Assembly (NCBI GenBank): GCA_021817605.1
Contig: JAKAUN010000011.1
Coordinates: 16,803-80,802 of the forward strand
Reading direction: 5' to 3'
DNA from: Thermoplasmata archaeon
GTDB taxonomy: Archaea > Thermoplasmatota > Thermoplasmata > Lutacidiplasmatales > UBA184
DNA length: 64,000 bases
A program made the translations under genes and the position numbers. The first letter of the stretch is position 1, and the number at the start of each line of letters is the position of its first letter. This document shows, one piece after another, positions 18,291 through 26,907 of this stretch. Below the pieces are notes generated by a model. The model saw only the letters and a program-made list of their open reading frames with translations, was not told where the DNA came from and did no database searches.

Positions 18291-19850
18291 GTGACGCGGG
18301 CGGCGGGCCGGCCCCTCATCGTCGGGAGCGGGATCGCCGGACTCTACGTCGCGCTGCGTTGCCGCGACCTGGGCCTGCGGCCCACCGTCCTCACCAAGGG
18401 GCGTCTCGAGGAGTCGAACACCCGCTACGCCCAGGGGGGTATCGCGGCGGCGATTGGGTCGGACGACAGCCCCGCCCTCCACCTGGCGGACACGGTGCGG
18501 GCCGGGGCGGGGCTCGTCAATCGAGCCGCCGCCCGGGTCCTCACCCAGGAGGCTCCGGCGCGCATCGCGGACCTCGTCCGCCTCGGCGTACCGTTCGATA
18601 CCGTCGAGGGCCGCATCGCACTCGCACGAGAGGCGGCGCACTCCCGCGACCGCCTCCTGCACGCCGGAGGCGACGCGACGGGCCTCTCAATCGAGGAAAC
18701 GCTCAAGCGACGCGTCCTCGAGGGAGGGATTGACGTGCGGGAGCGACGGGTCCTGCGGTCGATCCGACTCGGAGGCAAGGGGGGGGTGCAGGCGACCTTC
18801 TCCGACCCGGCAGGACGGGGCGTGGAGGTCGAGGAGGACCGGCCTCTGGTCCTAGCGACCGGCGGGGCGGGTAGCCTCTTTCTCCAGAGCTCGAACCCCT
18901 CGGTCGCGACGGGAGAGGGCGTGGCCATCGCCTTCCGGGCAGGGGCCGAGGTCGGGGACCTCGAGTTCGTCCAGTTCCATCCGACGGCGTTCGCCCGGGA
19001 GGGGGCGCCGCGGTTCCTCATCACCGAGGCGCTCCGGGGAGAGGGGGCGGTCCTTCGCAACGAGGCGGGCGAGCGGTTCATGCTCGGCGTGCACCCGGAC
19101 GCCGAGCTCGCGCCGCGCGACGTAGTCGCGCGCGCCATCACCGGCGAGATCGCCCGCTCCGGCCAGAGCCACGTCTATCTCGACGCCACCCGCCTCGGCC
19201 GCGACCGCCTCTTCGCCCGCTTTCCGTCCGTCTCCAATTTCCTCCTCACTTTCGACCTCGATCCGTCGCGCGACCTGGTGCCGGTGGCCCCGGTCGCGCA
19301 CTACATGATCGGGGGCGTCGTGACCGATCTGGAGGGACGCACGACGCTGCGGGGGCTCTACGCGGCCGGCGAGGTCGCGGCGACCGGGGTCCACGGGGCG
19401 AACCGCCTCGGCAGCAACTCGCTCATCGAGGGGCTGGTCTTCGGCGAGAGGGTCGCGCGCCAGCTTGCGCGTCCGACCCCGGGCGCCCCCGCGCCCGCCG
19501 AGCGCCTCCTTCGGATCGCTCCCGTGCCCGGGCTCGGTCGGGAGGGCGAGCCGCGCCTCGTCGAGGAGATCCGCACCCTGCTCTGGGAGGAGGTGGGGAT
19601 CGTGCGCACGGGACCCGAGCTCTCCCGGGCGCTTGCCCGCTTCGAGGAGATCGCCCGGGAGGCCGAGCCGACGCGGGAGGGGCAGCTTGCCGGCCCCACG
19701 GCCAACGCCGCCCTCACCGCGACCCTCATCGCCCGCGCCGCCCTCGAGCGCAAGGAGAGCCGCGGGGCGCACTACCGCTCCGACCACCCACGGCCTCTCG
19801 CAGCCTGGCGGCGCCACGTCCATCTCCGACGCCGCGAGCGCGCCGCCTGA
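18291..19850 (+). CDS. nadB: L-aspartate oxidase
   Basis: The GTG at 18291 gives ..PLIVGSGIAGL (FAD motif). YAQGGIAAA, RFLITEALRGEGA and ESRGAHYRSD are also present. Confidence 0.88.
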   Translation: MTRAAGRPLIVGSGIAGLYVALRCRDLGLRPTVLTKGRLEESNTRYAQGGIAAAIGSDDSPALHLADTVRAGAGLVNRAAARVLTQEAPARIADLVRLGVPFDTVEGRIALAREAAHSRDRLLHAGGDATGLSIEETLKRRVLEGGIDVRERRVLRSIRLGGKGGVQATFSDPAGRGVEVEEDRPLVLATGGAGSLFLQSSNPSVATGEGVAIAFRAGAEVGDLEFVQFHPTAFAREGAPRFLITEALRGEGAVLRNEAGERFMLGVHPDAELAPRDVVARAITGEIARSGQSHVYLDATRLGRDRLFARFPSVSNFLLTFDLDPSRDLVPVAPVAHYMIGGVVTDLEGRTTLRGLYAAGEVAATGVHGANRLGSNSLIEGLVFGERVARQLARPTPGAPAPAERLLRIAPVPGLGREGEPRLVEEIRTLLWEEVGIVRTGPELSRALARFEEIAREAEPTREGQLAGPTANAALTATLIARAALERKESRGAHYRSDHPRPLAAWRRHVHLRRRERAA

Positions 19851-19899
19851 CCCTCGGGGTCATCGACAACCGTTATCCTCGCCGGGACGTGGAAGGGCC

Positions 19900-21072
19900 G
19901 TGGAGCTTGGTCTCTCGCCGGACGAGACGGCCTTGCGAGAGGCCGTCCGCCAGTTCGTGCGCCGTGAGGTCGCCCCCGTCGCGGACGCGATGGACCGCGA
20001 GGACCGCTTCCCTCGCGAGGTCTTCTCCCGCCTAGGGGAGGACGGCTTCCTCGGACCGACCCTCCCGACCGAGCACGGGGGTCTCGGCCTCTCCTACCGC
20101 GTGCAGGCGATCATCCTCGAGGAGATCGCTCGGTCGAGCCCGGCCCTGGCTCTGAGCGTCGGCGCCCATTCCAACCTGTTCGCCGACAATCTCTCTCGCA
20201 ACGGTTCTCCCGAGCAGAGGGAGCGGTTCCTTCCGCCCATCGCCTCCGGTCGCGAGATCGGCGCGCTCGCCCTCACCGAGCCGAACGCCGGCTCGGACGC
20301 CGTCGCGATCCGCACGCGGGCGGTGCGGGAGGGGAGCGACTACGTCCTCGACGGCACCAAGCAGTTCATCACGAACGGGCCGGTCGCCGACGTCCTCCTC
20401 GTCTACGCGAAGACCGCCCCCGAGCGCGGCGCGCACGGGATCAGCGCCTTCCTCGTCCGCTCGGAGAGCCCTGGCTTCTCGGTCTCGCGCAGCCTCGACA
20501 AGATGGGGATGCGCGGCTCGCCGACGGGGGAGCTCGCCTTCCAGGACGTCCGCGTCCCCGCCTCCCAGCTCGTGGGGCGGGAGAACGAGGGGGTCGCCGT
20601 GATGATGAGCGGGCTCAACGTCGAGCGGGCGGTCCTCGCGGCGATCCCCGTCGGGATCCTCGAGGAGTGTCTCGCCCGCTCGGTTGACTACGCACGCGAG
20701 CGCGAGCAGTTCGGCCGCCGCATCGGCGAGTTCGAACTCATTCAGGCCAAGCTCGCCGACATGTACGCCGAGCTGACCGCCTCCCGACTCCTCCTCTACG
20801 CCGCGCTCGAGGAGGTCGCGCGGGACCCCCGGGCCCGCCGCGGGTGTGCCACCGCTCTCACCTACGCCTCGGAGGCGTCGACGCGGGCGGCGCTCGAGGC
20901 GATCCAGATCCACGGAGGCTACGGCTACGTCCGCGACCTTCCCCTCGAGCGGCTAGCGCGCGACGCCAAGCTCCTCGAGATCGGCGCCGGCACCTCGGAG
21001 ATCCGCCGCCTCGTCGTCGCGAGGGACCTGCTCGGGCCGGGGTTCGAGCCGGAGCGGGGGCGTCCTAGCTAG
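19900..21072 (+). CDS. Acyl-CoA dehydrogenase
   Basis: The GTG at 19900 gives VELGLSPDE. LTEPNAGSD, KQFITNG, IHGGYGYVRDLPLERLARDAKLLEIGAGTSEI are present. Confidence 0.9.
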   Translation: MELGLSPDETALREAVRQFVRREVAPVADAMDREDRFPREVFSRLGEDGFLGPTLPTEHGGLGLSYRVQAIILEEIARSSPALALSVGAHSNLFADNLSRNGSPEQRERFLPPIASGREIGALALTEPNAGSDAVAIRTRAVREGSDYVLDGTKQFITNGPVADVLLVYAKTAPERGAHGISAFLVRSESPGFSVSRSLDKMGMRGSPTGELAFQDVRVPASQLVGRENEGVAVMMSGLNVERAVLAAIPVGILEECLARSVDYAREREQFGRRIGEFELIQAKLADMYAELTASRLLLYAALEEVARDPRARRGCATALTYASEASTRAALEAIQIHGGYGYVRDLPLERLARDAKLLEIGAGTSEIRRLVVARDLLGPGFEPERGRPS

Positions 21073-21090
21073 CCGGCGCCTACGCGCGGG

Positions 21091-21267
21091 CTACCGGGGA
21101 CTGGACCGACGCAGGCCCAGGCCGACCTCGATGTAGAGGGCCGCCTGCGTCGAGGCGGACCGGCGCTCGTCTTCGGCGGCGTTCTTGAGCCGGCGCAGGA
21201 TCGCCGGCTCGAGGTAGACCGCGAGGCCCACCCTCCGCTTGGCTTTGCTCTTTGGCGGTCGTGGCAT
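21091..21267 (-). CDS. Ribbon-helix-helix (CopG/Arc/MetJ-type) DNA-binding protein, 58 aa
   Basis: It is below the ORF-track cut-off. The product is MPRPPKSKAKRRVGLAVYLEPAILRRLKNAAEDERRSASTQAALYIEVGLGLRRSSPR, with a beta-strand/helix/helix pattern. Confidence 0.6.
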   Translation of the reverse strand: MPRPPKSKAKRRVGLAVYLEPAILRRLKNAAEDERRSASTQAALYIEVGLGLRRSSPR

Positions 21268-21470
21268 GGAACTGCTCCTTGGTGCTCGCTACCTTCGAGT
21301 GAAGCGCGCCGGAGTTCCCTGACTCGCCGCGCAGTACTCGGAGGTACTAGTGCGACAAGTCAGATTAAGGCTGCGGGATAAGGTTCCGTGAACGCTAGTT
21401 GACGGCTCTCGGGCCTCTCGAAGGAACGGAGCGAGCCGAGCGGCGTGCCGGCTCGTCCGCTTGACGAACG

Positions 21471-21476
21471 TATATA
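21471..21476 (+). promoter_or_regulatory. TATA box (TATATA) 25 nt upstream of ATG 21502
   Basis: CGTATATAGCC lies in a 234-nt intergenic region of relatively low GC. GGAGG lies between the box and the ATG. Confidence 0.5.
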
Positions 21477-21501
21477 GCCCACGGAGGACCATCCGCGCTC
21501 C

Positions 21502-22236
21502 ATGGCCGCTCGCCCGGGCACGGGACCGGCGGTACCTCCGCCCCTCCGGACGGAGGTCCTCAAGGAGCTTCAGGCGCTCATCGACGACAAGGAGACCCGC
21601 GATCGGCTCGAGCGCGGGCCCCTCGCCGAAGCGAAGGGGCGGGAACACTGGGTCCTCCACCTCATGCTCCGGGCCCACGAGCTCGGGCAGGCGCATGTCT
21701 CCAATCTGGTCGGAACAGCCTACGTGAACCTCCTCGCCCGTCTGCAGGCCGTCGAGGAGTCCGTCGGACGGGTCGAGGAGTCGAACCGGCACCTCGCCGA
21801 GGAGCTCGCCGCCCGGCTCGAACGCTTCGAGAAGGACTTTTCCGGGCGGGTCGGCACCGATGTCGCCAACGCCCTCACGCAGGGCCACGAGAAGCTCTCG
21901 GCAGCGGTCCTCGCCAACCTCGACCAGAAGTGGAAGCCGGTCTCCGAGTCGGTCGACACGTTCGTCCGCTCGTCACGCCAGCTCACCAAGGACATCTCGG
22001 ATACCTATCGCGTCTCGACGCAGACGCGGCTGCTGCTCAACGAGAACGCGCGGCGAATGATCGACCTCGGACGCGACATCGTGGCCCTTGAGGAGGGGCT
22101 CAAGCTCGCGCTCGGCAAGGTGATCGAGGAGTCTCTCCTCCCGCTCGAGGAGCGCGTCGCGGCGCTCGAGGGGCGCCGGGGGAGCGAGCTCGCCAGCGGC
22201 CCGCGGGACCCGCCGTCCTCCCCCGCCTCCGGCTGA
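21502..22236 (+). CDS. Hypothetical all-helical / coiled-coil protein (244 aa)
   Basis: Heptad-like Leu/Glu/Arg-rich sequence such as LQAVEESVGRVEESNRHLAEELAARLERFEKDF. No catalytic motif or family recognised. Confidence 0.6.
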   Translation: MAARPGTGPAVPPPLRTEVLKELQALIDDKETRDRLERGPLAEAKGREHWVLHLMLRAHELGQAHVSNLVGTAYVNLLARLQAVEESVGRVEESNRHLAEELAARLERFEKDFSGRVGTDVANALTQGHEKLSAAVLANLDQKWKPVSESVDTFVRSSRQLTKDISDTYRVSTQTRLLLNENARRMIDLGRDIVALEEGLKLALGKVIEESLLPLEERVAALEGRRGSELASGPRDPPSSPASG

Positions 22237-22254
22237 GCCGAGCGGCGCTGGCCC

Positions 22255-23025
22255 ATGCGGCTCTCCCGCCGTCATCCCCGCTACCAGAGCCTGAAGGTCC
22301 GCGCCGGGCTCGCCGACGCGGCCCGCCGGGGGCTGGTCGTTCCCGAGGGGCTCATCGCGCAGGGCCGCGGCGAGGCGTTCGACTACCTTCTCGGGGAGCG
22401 AACGACCCCGAGCGCACGCCGGGCCGAGCGGCTCGCGGCCCGCTGGCTGCTGCGGGCCCGCGCTCCCGTGATCAGCGTCAACGGCAACGTGGCGGCGCTC
22501 GCCGCGCGCGAGGTCGCGCTCCTCCAGAGGGCGATCCCCCGGCTTGCGGTCGAGGTGAACCTGTTCCACCGGACGCCGCGACGCGCCCGCGAGGTCGCGC
22601 GGGCCCTCGAGAGGGCCGGCGTCCGCCGTCCGCTGGGGGTCCGCCCGGCCGCACGGATCCCGCACCTGCCCTCCGACCGGGCCCGCGTGGACGCCGAGGG
22701 GATCCTCGTCGCGGACGTCTGCCTGGTTCCCCTAGAGGACGGCGACCGGACCGAGGCGCTCCGTCGCCTCGGCAAGAGGGTGATCTCGATCGACCTCAAC
22801 CCGCTCTCGCGCACGAGCCTCGCCGCGGACCTTCCCGTCGTCGACGAGCTCACCCGAGCCCTGGGAGGGATTCGGCAGGAGGCCGTCCGCCTCGCGGGGA
22901 GCGCCTCGAGGGGACCTCCGCCCCGGGCACCCGCGGGCAGCCTCTTGGCCGACGCCCTCGGGACGATCGACCGACGGCTCAAGCGGGAGGCGGCTCGGTC
23001 GCGGCGAAGGCGAGCACCGCGTTGA
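22255..23025 (+). CDS. 4-phosphopantoate--beta-alanine ligase (archaeal phosphopantothenate synthetase)
   Basis: HPRYQSLKVR, GRGEAFDYLLGE, VISVNGNVAAL, EVNLFHRT, LVPLEDGDRTEAL and IDLNPLSRT are present. Confidence 0.85.
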   Translation: MRLSRRHPRYQSLKVRAGLADAARRGLVVPEGLIAQGRGEAFDYLLGERTTPSARRAERLAARWLLRARAPVISVNGNVAALAAREVALLQRAIPRLAVEVNLFHRTPRRAREVARALERAGVRRPLGVRPAARIPHLPSDRARVDAEGILVADVCLVPLEDGDRTEALRRLGKRVISIDLNPLSRTSLAADLPVVDELTRALGGIRQEAVRLAGSASRGPPPRAPAGSLLADALGTIDRRLKREAARSRRRRAPR

Positions 23026-23470
23026 GCTTCGGGGCGACCGCCTCGAGGAAGCTCTGGTCGCTCGCGTCGTAGGCTCCGACGCGGTCGCCGTCGATGTCGA
23101 TCTCGCCCACGACCTCCGTGCCCTGGAAGATCGGCACGACGATCTCCGAGCGCGTCTCGAGAAAGCAAGCGAGATACTCCGGCGAGGCGCGGACGTCCTC
23201 CACGACGACGGTGCGGCCCTCGCGTGCGGCCTGGCCGCACAGGCCTTTCTCGAGAGGGATCCGCGTGTGCTCGGTCGCCCGGGCGCCGTTCCACGCCTCG
23301 AGGAGGAGCTCGGAGCCGTCCTTTCGGTAGACTCCGACCCACCGGTAGTGGCCGAAGGCAGCCCTCAGGAACCGGGAGACCTCGGCGAGCGCCGCGCGAC
23401 CTTGGAGGCGGGAGAGGATAGCGTCGACCTGCAGGAGCGCGGCGGTCGCCTCACGCTCGCGCACGCTCAT
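22979..23470 (-). CDS. GAF-domain protein, free methionine-(R)-sulfoxide reductase (MsrC/YebR)-like
   Basis: KGLCGQAAREGRTVVVEDV, PEYLACF, SEIVVPI and VGEIDIDG are present. Confidence 0.75.
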   Translation of the reverse strand: MSVREREATAALLQVDAILSRLQGRAALAEVSRFLRAAFGHYRWVGVYRKDGSELLLEAWNGARATEHTRIPLEKGLCGQAAREGRTVVVEDVRASPEYLACFLETRSEIVVPIFQGTEVVGEIDIDGDRVGAYDASDQSFLEAVAPKLNAVLAFAATEPPPA

Positions 23471-23698
23471 CTTCCGGTCGCGGGGCCGGGCGGCCCCGAT
23501 AGGAGGGAAGCGCCGAGGGGGAGAATTCCCGCCGGGCCGGGCGGGCCGTTCCCGGCGTTTGAACTCCCGAGGCGTATTCCGCCACGAGCTTTCCAGACTC
23601 GCGCCGTACCGGACTGAGCCACCTCGGCACGCCCGAGGCGGACGGACCGGACGGGCCGAATAAGCTCTTCGGGAGCGGGGGCGGGACGCGGCGGGCGG

Positions 23699-23938
23699 CT
23701 AATCGCGGCCGGGGTACCAGCGGCACTCCGGACAGCCGAGCGCGCGGACCTCGCCGGGAATGGAGATCCCGCAGCTGGGGCAGTCGGTCGGCTCGAGCAG
23801 CGCAAGGGAGAGGCAGTCGAAGCAGGCGCCCCGCCGACGGTCGTCAGGGAGCAGGACCAGCTCTCGGTCGCAGAAGACGCAGCGCGAATACCCCTCCTCC
23901 GCAGCGGCGAAGCGGCGGCTGTCCGCGAAGAGAAGCAT
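23699..23938 (-). CDS. Small Cys-rich zinc-ribbon protein (79 aa)
   Basis: Four Cys pairs are present: CVFC, CFDC, CPSC and CPEC. Start was set at ATG 23938, which has a TTTATGTAT box about 30 nt upstream. Confidence 0.55.
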   Translation of the reverse strand: MLLFADSRRFAAAEEGYSRCVFCDRELVLLPDDRRRGACFDCLSLALLEPTDCPSCGISIPGEVRALGCPECRWYPGRD

Positions 23939-24002
23939 GGACGCGCTCGGACGAGCCGCGGCATACATAAACACTCCCCCGTCGGCTTCGCGCGCGACGC
24001 CC

Positions 24003-24749
24003 TCAGGGCTCCTTCCAGCGGGCCTTGAAGGCCGCCACGAGGAACAGCGCGGCGGTGATCGCGATCAGCGCTCCCCAGTCGAGAAGGGCGTGCCCGAAGG
24101 AGAGGGAATAGAGGCCGACCGAGCCCTGGACCAACTGGGCGGCGTAGGTGGTTGGCGAGAAGAGTGCCGCCGTCTGGGCCCAGTGCGGCAGCCGATCGAT
24201 CGGGTAGTAGACCGGCGGCAGGACGCTGAGCCCGAGGGAGATGAGCGGGCTGAACATGAACGTCTCGCGTACGTCGCGCAGGTAGGTCGCCAGCGTGAAG
24301 GCGAGCGCCGAGGCGAACGCCCAGACGAGGAGAAGCACACCGACCAGTACCGCGATGCTCTGGAGGTTCGCGAGCCCGGTGACGACGAAGATGACGGCGA
24401 AGACCCCGAGGCCGGGGGTCGAGTAGACGAGCTCGCTCAGCGCCATCCCTGTCACGTAGGTCGGCGCCTCGACCGGCGAGGCGACCACGATGTCCTGGAA
24501 CTTGAGGTCCTGCCGATAGTGCGTCATGTCGGACTGGAGCCCGGTCCCCGCCGAGAGCATCGTGAGGATGAGCCCGCCGGTGACGCCGAACGGGACGAAC
24601 GCCCCGGAGGAGAGGACGCTGATGAAGAACAGGAAGGAGAGCGGGGAGGCCAGCAGGTAGACCACGTAGAACGGCTGGGTCCGTATCGGGATGAGGCCGT
24701 TGAGGACGACCAGCGCGCCGAGGGCCCGCAGACGGTGACGGCCGCTCAC
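24003..24749 (-). CDS. ABC-2 type transporter permease
   Basis: Six hydrophobic helices. The GTG start overlaps the ATPase stop (GTGA at 24746-24749). Confidence 0.75.
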   Translation of the reverse strand: MSGRHRLRALGALVVLNGLIPIRTQPFYVVYLLASPLSFLFFISVLSSGAFVPFGVTGGLILTMLSAGTGLQSDMTHYRQDLKFQDIVVASPVEAPTYVTGMALSELVYSTPGLGVFAVIFVVTGLANLQSIAVLVGVLLLVWAFASALAFTLATYLRDVRETFMFSPLISLGLSVLPPVYYPIDRLPHWAQTAALFSPTTYAAQLVQGSVGLYSLSFGHALLDWGALIAITAALFLVAAFKARWKEP

Positions 24750-25711
24750 GCCTTCGCCTCGTCGTGCCCGGGTTCGGCGTCCTCCGCGGGGGTGTCCTCG
24801 TCGATCGAGCGTCCCACCACGTCCAAGAAGATGTCCTCGAGGCTCACCGGGCCCATCGAGACCCTGAGGTTGCGCTCGAGCGCCCACCGGGCGAGCTCTC
24901 GGGCCTCCCTCTCGCGGGCGAAGACGAGGGTCTGGCCTCCTTCCACCGTGGCGACCCGGCCGTAGGGCTCGAGCTCCTCCGGAGCTACGCCCTCCTGCAG
25001 CGCGACGCGGTAGGGATACCGCACGCGGCCCCGGAGCTCCCCCGGCGTCCCTTCGAGGATGCGGCGGCCTCTCTCGATGAGGACGAGGCGCTGGGAGAGC
25101 GCCTCCGCCTCGTCCAGGTAATGCGTCGTGAGCAGGATCGTCCGCTGCTCGCGACTTGCACGGCGGATCGCCGCCCAGACCTCGCGACGGGCGATCGGGT
25201 CGAGGCCGGTCGTCGGCTCGTCCAGAAAGAGCATCTCGGCGTCGGAGGCGAGGACCATCGCGCACATCGCCCGGCGGCGAAGGCCTCCGGAGAGCTGGCT
25301 CACCAGCCGCCGGCGGTACTCGCCGAGGGAGAGCTCCTCGAGCCCCTCGCGGGTGCGCCGCCGGGCTTCCACGGAGGGGAGCCCGCGCATCTTGAGGTAG
25401 TAGTAGACCACCTCCTCGACCGTGAGGAAGTAGAGCGGGCGGGACTCCTGGGGGACGCAGGCGATCCTCTCGCGGATCTTCCGCTCCTCGCGGGCGACGT
25501 CGTGTCCCAGGACCGAGAGCGACCCCGAGGTGAGCGCGAGCTGGGTCGCCGCGATGCGGACGAAAGTCGTCTTGCCCGCGCCGTTGCGCCCGATGAGCCC
25601 GTAGACCCCTCCGGTCGGCACGGTGAGCGAGAGCCCGTCGAGCGCCGGGGTCCGCGAGTGCGACCCCGGGTAGACCTTGAAGAGATCCTGCGCGACGACC
25701 GCCGAGGCCAT
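24746..25711 (-). CDS. ABC transporter ATP-binding protein (ABC-2/CcmA-like exporter)
   Basis: Walker A GRNGAGKTT, signature LSGGLRRR and Walker B LFLDEPTTGLD are present. Confidence 0.9.
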   Translation of the reverse strand: MASAVVAQDLFKVYPGSHSRTPALDGLSLTVPTGGVYGLIGRNGAGKTTFVRIAATQLALTSGSLSVLGHDVAREERKIRERIACVPQESRPLYFLTVEEVVYYYLKMRGLPSVEARRRTREGLEELSLGEYRRRLVSQLSGGLRRRAMCAMVLASDAEMLFLDEPTTGLDPIARREVWAAIRRASREQRTILLTTHYLDEAEALSQRLVLIERGRRILEGTPGELRGRVRYPYRVALQEGVAPEELEPYGRVATVEGGQTLVFAREREARELARWALERNLRVSMGPVSLEDIFLDVVGRSIDEDTPAEDAEPGHDEAKA

Positions 25712-25772
25712 GGGGGGGTCGGGAGAGCGGGCTCCCTTCTTAACGGGGCTCCGACGAAGGGCCCGACGCCGG

Positions 25773-26840
25773 CTAGCTGAGGACCTCGTTGAGCCGGCCC
25801 TCGGCCCGGGCGCGCCGTATCTCCTGGGCGATGCGACGGCCCGTGGAGAGGCCGGGAGCCATGAGGTCGGAGTAGGGGCTTCCCGAGATGAACAGGTTGG
25901 TCCCCGCGACGATCCGGGTGGAGATCTCGAAGACCTTGAACTCGAGCTCCTCGGTCATGATCCCCTCCACGCAGAACGGTCCCACCATCCCCCCGAACAG
26001 CTCGATCGACCTCTCGACGATCCGCGCGGCGGTGTCGAACGCCTTCTCGAGGAGCGACTCCCGCAGGACGACCGGCACGTTACCGGTGACGACGAACGTC
26101 GGACGGATGCCGGCCTTGAGCAGCTCCTCCTGGGCGCCGAGCTTGTAGAGCTCGTCGATGTTCGCCTCGTCGCGCCGGTCCATCCCGAGCAGCTCGAGCG
26201 AGCCGTGTCCGACGCGGTAGCCGCGGTCGGAGAGCGGCGAGTAGAAGAAATGCATGTAGTACCGCGTCCCCAGGACGTACTCCTGGATGACGTAGGGACC
26301 GGTGGGCCGGAACGACTCGAGCGCCGCACGGTTCTTGGCGAGGTAGAACCCTTTGCCGCCCTTCGCGCCGTAGTACTTCACGATCACCGGCCCGTGAATT
26401 TCCTCCGGGTCCTCGAAGAGCCTCGGCATCGACACCCCGGCGCTCTCGAGCCAGTCCCGCTCCTTCCGACGGTCCGACTCCCAGGCGAGAACGGCCCGGT
26501 TGCCGAAGACCGGAACGTCGAGCCGCCCGAACTCCTCGGCGCCGAGGTACTCGACGAACGACCCGTGGGGGACGAGGATCGCCCCGGTCTCCCGAAGTTC
26601 GCCGGTGAGCCGCTCGAACTCCTTGATCGATCGGACGGAGAGGAACCGGTCCGGCCGCGCGAGCGGGAAGGCGTCGTAGAACCGCGCGGGCTTGCCGACC
26701 GTGATGCCGATGGTCGGGAGCCCCTCGGCCCTCGCCCCGTGGAAGATCTGCAGGGAGGAGTGCGAGCAGAGCGTGGCGACGGTCGGCGCCTTGTCCACGA
26801 CCGAGGCGAGACGCGGGCCGGCGGAGAGGGAAACTCCCAT
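25773..26840 (-). CDS. purP: 5-formaminoimidazole-4-carboxamide ribonucleotide (FAICAR) synthetase PurP
   Basis: The ATG at 26840 gives MGVSLS. TLCSHSSLQIFHGAR, ILVPHGSFVEY, VIVKYYGAKGGKGFY and FVVTGNVPVVLRESLL are present (archaeal ATP-grasp PurP). Confidence 0.88.
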   Translation of the reverse strand: MGVSLSAGPRLASVVDKAPTVATLCSHSSLQIFHGARAEGLPTIGITVGKPARFYDAFPLARPDRFLSVRSIKEFERLTGELRETGAILVPHGSFVEYLGAEEFGRLDVPVFGNRAVLAWESDRRKERDWLESAGVSMPRLFEDPEEIHGPVIVKYYGAKGGKGFYLAKNRAALESFRPTGPYVIQEYVLGTRYYMHFFYSPLSDRGYRVGHGSLELLGMDRRDEANIDELYKLGAQEELLKAGIRPTFVVTGNVPVVLRESLLEKAFDTAARIVERSIELFGGMVGPFCVEGIMTEELEFKVFEISTRIVAGTNLFISGSPYSDLMAPGLSTGRRIAQEIRRARAEGRLNEVLS

Positions 26841-26907
26841 AGGGCGAAGTACCTCGGCCCTCTCAAAGCCTTTGCGCGGCCCGGCACCCGGCCCGCGGCG
26901 GCGTGCG

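Noticed and set aside
21268-21501. A C/D-box sRNA or other small RNA in the AT-richer spacer (AGTGAAG ... CTGA strings).
   Set aside because: The box sequences deviate from RUGAUGA/CUGA and the spacing does not give the C-D'-C'-D layout. The region is better explained as a divergent promoter.
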